A stretch of 64,000 bases of DNA, taken from contig NC_087248.1 in assembly GCF_037042905.1 (NCBI RefSeq), forward strand, positions 7,688,001-7,752,000, given 5' to 3'. Below are positions 12,810 to 25,700 of this stretch, one piece after another. The notes under the pieces were generated by a model, which searched no databases, was not told the DNA's origin, and saw only the letters and a list, made by a program, of their open reading frames with translations. A program made the translations under genes and the position numbers. The DNA comes from Lytechinus pictus. Lineage: Eukaryota. Each line of letters starts with the position of its first letter. Within the stretch, counting starts at the first letter, position 1.

Positions 12810-13962
12810 TGATCAACCAAAGAATTAGTTTTGTCAGTAGCTGCATGTACATAGAATTATGGAGGATTATAATTATTCCTAATATATATGCCAATGATCA
12901 TGTGCAATGCGAGTCAGTATGATCTGGAAAATTGATGGTTAAAGGAAAATTCTACCCTAGTATACTAAACAATGAAAATCAGACAAGCATAACACTGGTA
13001 ATGCCATTGGAATGGGATGTACTTCATGTACAAAAAGAAATTTCAGTGAAGTTTTCAGCATTATGCTTCAGTTATTTTTTCTCTTTCTATACAACTCAAC
13101 TATTTGTTGGGGTGGACTTGTCATTTAATGGTCAGTATGTGTACCATGTTGTACAAGCATGTTCTGGCCACGAGTTATTCACAATGCTTGTACACCATGG
13201 TAATTTATTGTTGATTCTATGATGGTATGTATGAAGAAAGGTCAGTAAATTTAAGTACAGTGTATATTGCTTCCTTGTAAATGCTTACATTGCCACTATT
13301 TTTGGGGCTTCCTTGACGATTGACAATAGATATGTCCACTATATATAGGCAATCATTTCCTTTGTGACATCATGATGTTCTGATTTTGTTTGGTGACGAG
13401 CATTTCTTGTGTAAATTACAGCATTCTGGGAATCTGTCTGATCAATTAAGTTACGAGCAATGCTTTAAAGTGCATTGGGATTTTAGTCTCATAATTTTGC
13501 AGTATTGGTGTATATGAAGAGGTTTAAATTGTGAATTTTCAATTGGAAACCTATTTTTTGGGAGCCCTGGTCACCTACATGTAGGGAGCGTTTGATGAAA
13601 GGACTTGTCAGATATTTGATCTGACACACGGTATGCTTTATCTAACAGTTACCATAGGAACTGTGCTCCTCAGCCAAGCGAAATCAAGGAAAGTCCTCGG
13701 ATCTGACAACTTGTACACAATATGCTGATGAAATGATCTTCCGAAATTCTTGTTTACAATTCCTGCAATGTGTAATAACTCAATTTAAGAAAATTATTAT
13801 TTTCCAAGAAAACTGCATATTTGAGTATTTTTTAAAGCAAATTACAAAATACTAAATTTGCTCCTCTGCTGATACTAATGCCACAATAATGAAATATGTG
13901 TTTGTATAAGGCATCTTTCCAAAAGTTTATGCTGTGTACTGAAACAGGACTTTTGTTATTAA

Positions 13963-14510
13963 CCCTTTGAACCCGAAAAGCCAGAATACCGGCTTCACTG
14001 TGAACGCGCGTATACCTGAAAATCCGGATTACCGGCTTCAATTCATATGATTGGAAAAGCAAGGGTTTTAGATATCAGGTGACCTTTAAAAATGATGTCA
14101 TTTTGGAGATATTCAGTCGATATTTTCAGTTTATAATTTTATTGACGATTGGCTTTCATTTATAAGGTTTTAACAAAAAATTACCAATATCCTTCCCTAC
14201 CAAGGAGGCTTGTGCGAGTCATATACGAACCATGCAGAAGCTATTGTTAAATTGTCTTCCGTCAAATTAGTGATATTAAGACAAACTTTGAGATTGTTAG
14301 TATGGGAAGCTAAACATCAGCTGGGCCAGGCCGGGTACAAGCAGAGTAAGGTGCCGCCAACATGGCTGGGCTCGAATCGTGCCAATTGGAGATCATTTAT
14401 TTCAAATGTAATGTATTCCTTCATTTTGCCGATAAGCTTAATAGCTTGATATCTACTGATGATTCAGAGTGAGGGTCACGACCGTCCCAATTCATTCAGG
14501 GTTCAAAGGG
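13963..14510. mobile_element. piggyBac-like MITE
   Basis: TTAA|CCCTTTGAACCC ... GGGTTCAAAGGG|TTAA. Confidence 0.75.
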
Positions 14511-14645
14511 TTAAGTTGGCAAGCATCTTTCATGCATTCCCCATTGTTTTGTGTATGGTGAAAATCTGAGGGGTCAGTTAACAAAGCAAAAAAATATGAT
14601 TTTAGCGGTATTCCTTCGGGAAGTACTCTTATTCATTATGGTCAG

Positions 14646-14813
14646 GTGGGCGTTTTAGAAAGCTGCTTGTAAGTTAAGAACGACTGATAAACCTTTCTTA
14701 TGCTCTAAATAATCACCAATGAACATTAAATGGTGAATATCATATACAAGAAAGGATCACCAGTCGTTCTTAAAGTCACTCTTAACTTACGAACAGCTTT
14801 ATGAAACGCCCCC
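14646..14813. mobile_element. Harbinger/PIF-like MITE (related copies ~13585-13740, 24667-24837, 39036-39193, 42578-42735)
   Basis: Short hairpin elements with G-rich..TTTCAT / ATGAAA..C-rich TIRs and CAG/CTG flanks. Confidence 0.65.
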
Positions 14814-14934
14814 CTGGTGCCTTAATAAACTTCAATATGGAAAAAGATGAGAAATTGAAGTGAAATTTTGTATTTAACTTCTGAATAATGTGGAGAAATA
14901 AAAAAAAGAAAAAAAAAAGAGACAAATCAAGTGC

Positions 14935-14956
14935 AATAAAACTATACATCTTTATT
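14935..14956. terminator. Candidate facing poly(A) signals: AATAAA (+) 14935-14940 and AATAAA (-) 14956-14951
   Basis: Sequence GTGCAATAAAACTATACATCTTTATTTC lies between the convergent MLYCD and ZUP1 stops. Use of these sites is not shown. Confidence 0.4.
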
Positions 14957-17900
14957 TCTATAAAATCTTAAAACTACATAGTTGAACATACAGATTTTTT
15001 TTTTTCTAAATCTATTATTGTTAAATACATTATTTCACTGAATAATTACAGCTCAGTAATGAGAGGAAGACATAATGTGAACTAAAGGCTTGATCAGTTA
15101 TAAACAGCTGCAGGTTTCTACATAAATTACATTGGAAACACTTAATAGTAAGCCCCGAACTACTACAATCCCACTTAGAAGATCTGGCAATGTATTATCA
15201 TGTGCAAATTAAAGTATGAAGTCCTAATTGCCCAATCATGAAATATCCAGGATTTTCATATTTTAAATTAAAATGAGAGAAAAGGCTCATTGTCTACAAC
15301 TAAAGTGATTCTGCTTTTACCAGATATGTAAACAAATACACACTGACATTAATTTGTATGGTTGTATAATTATTTGAAAATAAACAAATATAATAAATGC
15401 TTGTAAAAAATGTTCATGTCCATTATTTAGAGAAAAGGTTACACTTATACATGTATATGTAACATTACAAAGGCTTTGGTCTTAGTCCTGCGTAGTAATT
15501 AGGAAAATATGTAATTCCGTTTGTTAATCCATAAGTATGCATGCAGTAAGGCTTTTGGTATAGCCAGGCCGTATTGTTTATGGTATGTATGATTTAGAAA
15601 ATCTGAGTTGTAAAATTTCTGGGCATATTCTGTGGATGCTCTATACAACAGTATCATGCTTTTATATTTGAGTGGGAAAAATTTACAATTTACATAACCA
15701 ATTATTATGAAAAATGATAGGACATCAACAGTGCATTCCATGTGAGCTACATGTACATACATTACAATAGAAATGAGACCTTCAAACAAATGACAGGCAG
15801 GCAAAATTTTGAAAATCAGACTTGTAAAATGACAAGACTGGCACATTATTGTGCATTCATAGTATACTCTTACAGTCCTGTATTTGTTTCAAAATATGTA
15901 GGAAAGTGACTTATATTGCACAATGAAGATATACCTGTATGGTATGATACATTAGAATATACAAAGTCATGTGTATTATTTTCTTTGCAAGAAGATTTCA
16001 ATTACAACTCTTTACATAAATGACCTTGTTATGTATAGATGCACATGCAAACAAAGTGGATACCTTTGCATAGTTAATGTGGATGAGGTTCTTGGGTCCC
16101 TAGACCTTATTTTCATATTTATCCTTTTTTCTTTGTAATCATATTCATAAGGAGCGCACATAAATATTTGGCTACCCGATACAGGTACACAGCTTCCACA
16201 AAGTCAAATTCAATCTTTTGATCCTCAAATTGACAACAACCATTATTTTCTTTTCATTCATAAAAAAAATTCAAAAAAAATATGGATATAACTTAAGCTG
16301 AAATGTATCATAATAGCAAAATCATAAACAAGAAAATGCCCATTTTAAACAGTGATTTTGTGATTTCCACTGCATTACCAAATTAGAGTAATTAATAAAC
16401 TAGATTTTAATCAGGAAAGGCTAAAAAACGAGTGGGTAAAGTAATGAAGCGTTTCACAAAACATGTTGTTCGTAATTATGACTGACATTTTATTTCAGCC
16501 AATCAGATGCAAGGATTTCAGTAGTTTATAACAACTGTCACTCAAAAATCTCTGAGCAATGCTTTATGGAAGACTCATGTAATGGGTAAACATGACTCCT
16601 ACTTCTAAATGTGCATTAAAATCCTTTACAACTCTTTGTTGTGGAAGCATATCAATAAATAATGGTATAAATACACAGGCAAAAAGGATTGAGCACTTTT
16701 GTTTCCTCTTCATATCAGACCTACAGGTATACCTTATGATATGCACCTTCTATAGTGCAAAATGTGAAAAAAGCGACAAATTTCTTGTGACAATAAAAAT
16801 AAAGTGGAAACAGGGATAAAGAAATTTGTTCTAATCAAATATCTACATAATGAATACAAAGAAAGAATTAAGATGAAGTTCAAAGCATCTATAAATTACA
16901 TAAATATTATAATTTGGTGATCTTATTTTTGGCAATCAACAAGATAGATAAAATTCATTGTGAGGCACAATAATGGCAAAAATACATACTAATTACACTT
17001 TCCACATAGTAACAAATATTTGTATAAACAACATAACTGGTTAGAAATACATGACATAATATTAAACTTTTATTAAGTGTTTTTTACAATTTTATTCATT
17101 GTCTGAAACGTAAATAGTTTAATATGCTGTTTAAATGGCAACGGTTCCATATTCTTTATAACATTAATTTTGAATGTCACCAAAACTTCTTGTGTGATCA
17201 GGAAATATTACTGTGTATACAGAGGCATTAATTCTTTCTAAATAATTAACAAAACAACAATATGTAACAGTGCTCCAAATGGCTTTCCAAAATCATCCCT
17301 TTCACAGTGAAATCTTAAAGCCTCATGCATGATGAACAAATGAAAGCAAAGAAGTGGCACTGTGTACGGTTGTTGACATATGTTTTTTGCATAGAAAACA
17401 TTAACCATTTCCTACTACTAGAGTTAAAAGCTTTAATGGTAAATACAACCTGAAATAAATAACCAATTTTATTGTAACATATGTCACAAAATATTCAACT
17501 CCAATAGATTCAAAATAAACCATTAACGATAATGTATAATGGCATTAAAAAAAGTTGCTGTAAAAATGAAAGTTTTGTCATAGATGTCTGCAGGCTATTT
17601 GTGCATATAAAGTTGAACCCCTGTATAATATATCCAATGCCTGTTGTGGAGTCAGAGTAACACTATAGTCACATACTGTTTTCAGTAACTAATGATTTTT
17701 TGGTCCGCACCAGGCCCGTGCTAAAAAGAGTCCACACCACGTAATAAAAATTTTGTTCAGTAGCTATGTCAGAGCAGCGCTACTTTTACGTTCACCAATT
17801 AAAAAACGCGGATCTGGGGCTAGTCTGGTGCTGATAAAAGTAGCACCAAAATAGCCTGGGCCCGGCGCAGGCTAAAATAGCCTGCTCCATTCATAAACTC

Positions 17901-18622
17901 AAAATTTCACAACTTAGCCCGGGACTAGTCCGGATCAGTGACTTACTGAAAGCGGAACACAGAACCATATGTCAAGAGATTTACAGAGCTGCCAACCTGA
18001 ACAAGAACATTTTAGTATTATAAAAGCTGAAATTCAGTATTTTCAAAGAAATACCATAGGACAACATACAAATCTGGAACATTAGAAATCAGTATTTTGA
18101 ATGAAACCATCAGTATTCTTCTCATTTTATAGTATTAAATACAGAAAATCTGTACTACTTGGCAGCTCTGGATTTAGACCATTAATTGTTCCATTTGGTC
18201 TCAAACTTATTTTCTTATGCCAGTGCCATACAAAAAAAAATAATTACTGCTGTTAAAATAGTTGGCCATCAATCGCAACTCTAAAAATCATGCGCAACTT
18301 GATTTTCAACCAATCAACAGCGTGCATTTGGGACTTGCGATTGATTTTTTGACTTGCGTTTAAACGCAACTCTTTCTGCAACGGGCCCCAGATTCTCTTG
18401 ATACATGGCTCTGTATCAACACTCTGTAGAGTTCCGTGCTTACAGCAAGACATGGCCCCAGTAGCACACAGTTACAATTGATATTTACAACTGATTGTAA
18501 TAACCTTCTGGGTCTTTGTAAAACAGGTGGGTGTTTCATAAAGCCATTTTAAATTAAGACTGACTTTAAGAATGACTGGTGATCCTTTCTTGTGGTAAAT
18601 GAAATTCACCAGTCATTCTTAA

Positions 18623-19297
18623 ACCTAACTAGGCCGGGCTTTTTTGGATGTTCTGTGGGGTTGATTCAACCCCCCCTGAGATCTCGGCCGCCGATCGCGC
18701 GAGCGCCGCAAAAATTTGCATGCTGGTAGTGTGCGATGTAATCTACAAGGCTGTATGGTAAATTTTCCAAAATAATGAGATTTTATTTTATATGAATTAA
18801 TTATGCTAATTTATGCATAAATCATACTTTTTGCTCTAATTCACTAAATAAAGCTCCTAGAATGCTAATTTTTGGTAAAAATATTATTTGTAGCATTCTT
18901 AACAATCGCAATTGAAAAAACTTCGGTTTGGAAATCAATTTCTTATGTATTTTATTGTTTTATGAATTTCTTATGTATTTCCTTGTTTTTCAACCTTTTG
19001 TTTTTCTTTTTTTTTTCCACCAGATTTATTGCACAACCTTTTTTGAAGCATAATTATGCTAAAATCAATTGATTTTAGCTGTTTAAAACAAAAATAATAA
19101 TATCTTAATGAATAAGATGAGAAAACTCAATTTGCATTGACTTTGTACACAATTTGTGCGCAAATTTGGTTTCAAAAGATGCGCGAGACTTGAAAGTATA
19201 AACTCTGTGAGTGGCGCGGTAAAAAAATTTCGCGCCGCGAAATGATCGCAGAAAATGTTGAGGGGGGGTTGATTCAAACCCCCCGGTCAGTTTAGGG
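18623..19297. mobile_element. piggyBac-like MITE nested in a Harbinger-like MITE (18527-19340)
   Basis: TTAA flanks at 18619-18622 and 19298-19301. The body is shared with 4672-5378 and 47733-49052 (GATCTCGGCCG..., TTTCTTATGTA...). The host halves rejoin into the family seen at 14646-14813 and 24667-24837. Confidence 0.8.
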
Positions 19298-19715
19298 TTA
19301 AAGTCAGTCTTAACTTAAAACGGCTTTATGAAACACCCATCTGTTTTACAAAGATTTGTCATAATAACATGCACAATTAACAAGTTTAGAATTATCCAAT
19401 AAAATTGAGTGATTTCAGTAGCATTAAACTTACAGTAAATTTGTTTTTATAACAAGTTTTATGGAATGGGTCCATGTACATGCTTTGCTAGACTTACAAT
19501 TTATTTTAATTTTACAATTGATTGCAGCCCTTTGGTTGGCCATACTCCCTGAATATATAGCACAGTAATGATATAGCGTCACTTCTATATATGTTTACTG
19601 CATAAAGTCCATTACCTTTTAATAGTGACAGAGACCCTGTAGAATGTTACCAATATTCCTGAGATGAGATGGTATTTGGTGATTGAATGTTTGCTGATTT
19701 TTTTTATTATTTCAG

Positions 19716-22700
19716 CTACAGAATGCGTTGTGAAGTCAACATCTTGCTTTTCTAAAAATAAAACACGAGAAAAGAAAGAAAAATAAGAACTAGAAAGTAA
19801 AGATCTGATCAGTTCGTGTGTCATGTTCATAATGTTTCAACCCTTGATACGATTTTAAAATGGGTTGAAATTAATCAAAGTCCTTCATAGCCTTGACTTT
19901 GGATGGCTTTTAGAGTCTTATTGACGGGCTTCAAATGCCCTGATCACCAAGATTTACTTCTCATTATGAGAAGGACAATTCACTTGAAAAGGTACTAATT
20001 ATACCAACTCAAAATTAAACATTTACAAAGTTATTCTCTTCCAGAAAAAAAGAACTAAGTTTTTAAGGTTTGTGTTCATAAGGATCCATAATAGAACTAT
20101 CATAATTCTGATTATTAGTCTGTATTACATTCAGTTACCTCATACTCTTGATCTGATGTGATGATTCCTTCGATGCAGACAATCTGATATTGTTTGGCTT
20201 TCATTTGGTTCAAGGTCTTCCTCAATGGCTTCAGAGAATGACCAGTGATGTCACCTCTCCTGAAATTCAACGATACAATGAATTTAATTCCAGAGGAGCT
20301 CAATCCACTTCAGTATTTTCAGAGAGGAGAATAATCTGCTTGTATGTTTATTATTTGTTTTTGATGGGAAATATTTGAAATGAAAATTGCATCTTTTTTA
20401 AACCTAGTTCCAGTCACATTGACCTTAAAAATCACTAGCTTCAGGTTGTCTTTGTTACATTTTGTTTTCATAATATGAATCCATTTACCCCATAAACATC
20501 AAATTTTACTTAGAATTGGTGTCAGGTGACACTGAAAATCAATGAAAAAAAAATGTATCAACTGCAGGGAAATCATGAAAATGAAAAGTGATTAAGCGGT
20601 TAAATAAAAAATTGCTCAACTTCTCGAGTCATTACTCTTTCCTTTGTAAAGTGGTTCAGAATTTCCCAAATAATAGTTCCTTCCTTTTATAAATAAGGGA
20701 GGGGGAGAGGGTTGTACCTCTTTTATGTTAGAACCCACCTTTGGTGCTGGAAATTCTAAAAATATAAAATCATAACACTTTGCTGTGCTCCATCATTAAT
20801 AAAATCCTGAATCCACTCTTGTTACTGTTGAGAGTAATTCACATTGTCCATACCTGAGAGCATTGGCTTCGTTGACTCTAAGACTGGGATCAAAGAGCAG
20901 AATTCTAGTTGACTTGTCTTTCATCATGTCATAGCCAATGATAGTTCTGCTGTGTCCTGTTAAGGAGATATAAAGTAAAATCAATATCAGATATAATATC
21001 ATACAAAACTAGATGAATTGCTAACATTTATCTAAGAAATATCCCAATAATCATATGACAATATAGTACCTCGCACATTAAATAAATGTGTTTTGTGCAT
21101 CTTCACTCAAGACCAATGTGTCATGTGTGACTTGGACAACAAATTGAGGAAGCAGTTTTTACTCTGCAAGATTTCACCCTGATTTATTGCCATATTATGT
21201 ATGACCAAGAAAAAAAATAAAAGGAAAGAGAGAAGGGTGAAATACACTTTTTTTTAAATATTTGGTCAAAATCAATTACAAAATATGATTTTTGAAATAA
21301 AAATGTCTACAATTTTGCTCGCTTGGAACGTATTATTAATTTTGCTAAATACGCCATTCCTGTGACACAGTACGTCAACAAAACAAAGTGCCTTGCGCTT
21401 CTTCTCTCCAATAACAATGTGCGTGTCAAGTCTTATGAGCATTTGGTGGAACCAAGGAAGTAGTTGATCTGCAAGATTTGCAAATGACCTACCACCTGCC
21501 CAACCATAAAGAAGATTCCTTTATACCCCCTTCAAACATCGTTTGGAGGGGGTATCATGAATATACATACAAGGAAACCCATGGAGATAGTGGAAGAAGG
21601 GAAGGGGGTAGGAAACAAACATGACATATCATATTTCATTGATATCTTATATATTGTTTTGACACAAAGGTCAAGGTGTGCGGGTATGTGATTGTGAAAT
21701 AAACAATTTGTACAAAGGTCCTTCTCATAACACATTGATTACCTTCATGCTGGAAATAGAGTGGTAACTTGCTGGATCTCACAGAGTTCTCCATAGAGAG
21801 CAGAGGTGGTTTGCCAAAGTAATCCCTGATCCAGGCAAAGAGACGTGGATGGGTACCATTCTGACCACTGGGTGCATGGAAGTCAAACAGTTTGCATCTG
21901 TAAAGGTCAAAGAGGAATATAGAGGGAAGAATAATTCAAGCAACAAGAAGTCACAGCAAAGCATAGTATGCAGACATACGAGCAATTTTCTCAATGTGTT
22001 TGGGAAATAAAAACAACTCAAGAATAAGATTTTGAAATCAAAATGATCATGAATCTTATTTTGCTATGATTCACATGCACTTCACACAGAAATGTCCAAA
22101 TATCCAAATAATTCAGCTTCTTAAAATATTTGTTCGTATTTATCAGTGAACATATTTTCCATTATTACTTTTGAAAGCTATTTATTAATTATCTAATTAA
22201 ATAATTGATCAATCCATTCATTATATCAACCTTTTCTTTACTCATCTTCATCATTATTACTTATAATAACTATTTTGGAGGCAAGATATCCTATCTTTAA
22301 CATTTGGCATCAAAATATCAATCTTTTTTACATTGGACCTTTATTCCATGATCCTAGATGAAACATTCTTAAAAGCTCAGGACAACTGTGTACACATTTC
22401 CTACAAATCAATTTCCCTTAAAATATCTTCTGATTTCTTGATCGCACATTTCCATCATCAGCATAACAACAATAAGTCTACATAGAAAGACATCTCACTA
22501 CCACCTGACACTCTGCTGATAATAAATCACTAGACTCACCTGATCCGGAGAGCTGAGAACATGGCTACAACTTCCGTGGCACCGATCCACTTCCTGGTAT
22601 TATGGACTTTGCCATTCAGCTGGTCACGACCCTGGGCATCGAACCCTTTACTCCATGCATCCTCTATTAGAAGCTGAATTCTAGGAATAGAAGGAATTTC

Positions 22701-25700
22701 TTTTCTTCCTGCCAGGTGAAGATATTAAAAGATATGTGATTCATTAAGGGTATATTGGGTGTAAAGGAACATTAATAATAAGCTAATGATATTAGGCTCG
22801 GGTCTCCAGTTTTCCCATGATTTATACCACAGTCACATTTGCTCTACGGCGGCCGTACAGCGAGTCAATAACAGCCGTTTTATTTATTTCTATTCAAACC
22901 ACCTATATGTAGCTATTACAAAAAATGTTATAACAGCTGTTTTTGACTCGCCATATGGCTGCCATAGAGCGAATGTGACGGAGGCATAAGAAAACAGAAA
23001 TAATGTTTGAGCATGTTACCAAAGAACACTGAATTCGATGTTTAGTACACCAAGAAACACAAAATTTGCAATTTAAACAGAAACTAGGTTCCTTATATGA
23101 GGGGGGGGGGGAGGGAGCTGGAGCCCCCTACCCCATTTTATTTCAATAAACATGTACAAAAACATACACTGACCATCTGATTGTACTTTTTGCATGGCCA
23201 GCCCCTCTCCCCTTTAAAAACCATTCGGTTGGCCCCTATAACAAACAAGTGGAATGCCTCTGGCTGTCTCACCTGCATCACACGATTCAATATAGCAGCA
23301 GTGCTGACTTTGAAAACTACTATAAAATAATTATTCACAAAAAACACCATTCATATGATACAATACTACGTTCATTGACATTTGACCTTGATCATGTGAC
23401 TTAAAACTTGTCAGTGATACTTGATTACCCCTATATCCACATTTTATACACTATATCTATAAACTTTGAAAGTTATGACAGCAATCTAATAATTACCTCT
23501 AAAATGGCCAAAGTTCAATGACCTTAAATGACCTTTGACTTTGGTCACGTGACCTGAAACTCAGACGGGATGTTCAAAGATACTTGATTACTCTTATGTC
23601 CAAGTTTCATGAATCAGATCTATAAGCTTTCAAAGTTATGATGGTAATTCAAGATACCCCATTAAGGCCAAAGTTCATTGACCTTTGACCTCGGTCATGT
23701 GACCTGAAATGCGCATAGGATGTTCAGTGATACTTCATTACTCTTATGTCCAAGTTTTATGAACTAGACCAATAAACTTTCGAAGTTATGATGGTAATTC
23801 AACAAATACCCCCAATTTGGCCAAAGTTCATTGACCCTAAATGACCTTTGACCTTGGTCATGTGACGTGAACCTCTTGCAGGATGTTCAGTAATACTTGA
23901 TTAACCTTATGTCCAAGTTTCATGAACTAGGTTTATATATATATAAGTTGTGATGACATTTCAAAAACTTAACCTTAGGTTAAGATTTTGATGTTGATTC
24001 CCCCAACATGGTCTAAGTTCATTGACCCTAAATGACCTTTGACCTTGGTCATGTGACCTGAAACTCAGGCAGAATGTTCAGTAATACTTTATTAACCTTA
24101 TGGCCAAGTTTCATGAACTAGGTCCATATCCTTTCTAAGTTATGCTGTTATTTCAAAAACTTAACCTTCGGTTAAGATTTGGTGTTGACGCCGCCGCCGC
24201 CACTGTCGGAAAAGCGGTGCCTATAGTCTCACTCTGCTATGCAGGTGAGACAAAAAACCTATAAAAAAAGCCTGAAGTCTGAAAAATACTGCTCACCATT
24301 AAAGACAACCTGTTTGAATTGAGGATCTTCTACCAAAGCAGATAGCATCATCTGGATGTTGCGGTATCCACAGCCCCACCCAGAATCCCCCTTAGAGGAG
24401 GAGAAGTGATCTAGGTTGAGGGAGAGCCGTGCATAGGAGACACCATGCACCTTGTTGTTGTAGTAATCAAGCAGTCTAGGAATGATATCTGGCGAGTGTA
24501 ACATAAAGATTAATGCTTAATATTCACAATTGATTGATTTTTTTTTAAATTTTACTTTGGTGCCATGGACTTTCGGCTATGCTAAAAGCTAAACAGTGAG
24601 TGCATGTATAATATCATGTTAAAATCAAGGTTAATTTTCGCCATATCATGGTAGATTTAGATCCGGGGGCCGTTTCATAAAGCTGTTCGTAAGTTAAGAG
24701 AGACTTTAAGAACGACTGGTGAACCCATCTTAAGCGCTAAACCATCGCCAATTCGATGTACCATTTACCACAAGAAAGGATCACCAGTCGTTCTTAAAGT
24801 TGCTCTTAACTTACGAACAGCTTTATGAAACACCCACCTGGTACATTTACATAAACCTAACTTTGTGAAATCATGAAATCTAATCTGGAGAACCGTTAAG
24901 AAAAACTTAAGATCACCAAGTATGCCAACACAGATGTGGGACAGTGCATTATTACTGCTTGGAAGAAGACTGTACAGTGTTGCACCTAGCTAGAATGCCA
25001 TGCTTATTTTGCTCTACTCTCAGAAATTATACATTTTCTACAAGAATGATTGGACACAAAACACTCGGTCATTTTATTGGATTCCAGCACTAGTATTCAT
25101 GTTCAATTGGTACATGTACAATGTATATTGACTGTCAACTGTATCTTTCATGTAAATGGCTCCGATTGTTTCAACCAACACATGAAAATGCAAGTTTATG
25201 TTTCAATATACTTGCATGTATTTTTTTTCATGGTGCATAGTAATACATGAGGCCGCCATCAACTACAAGCTTAACCGCTCAAGATGGCGGTCTCCTGCGT
25301 TCATTTGTTTATGCTGCTTTTTATTATCATCCTAATGTGAAGTATATGCCCCAATCATTTTTTTCTATTTATGTAATGTGAAGTATATACCCAAACCATT
25401 TTTTTCTTCTAATTATTATGTTTATGTTGTAAACATTATGGATTGTTTTATATATTGCAAACAATGTAAATAATTTTTGATAATGTATTGTGAACGCAGA
25501 AATAAAATCAAACAAACAAACAAACAAACAAACATGCATTTATGCCCTGATGACATTTTGCAATGTACCCTAATGTACACCTGCAATCCTTCAAGCCGTC
25601 TCAATAGGAGTGGACGAGGAAAGTACTCTACACTTTCATCTCTTTTTATAAACACATCAAAGTCCCTTCTGTTTTCAATAGAGCAATGCAACTGCAATTG

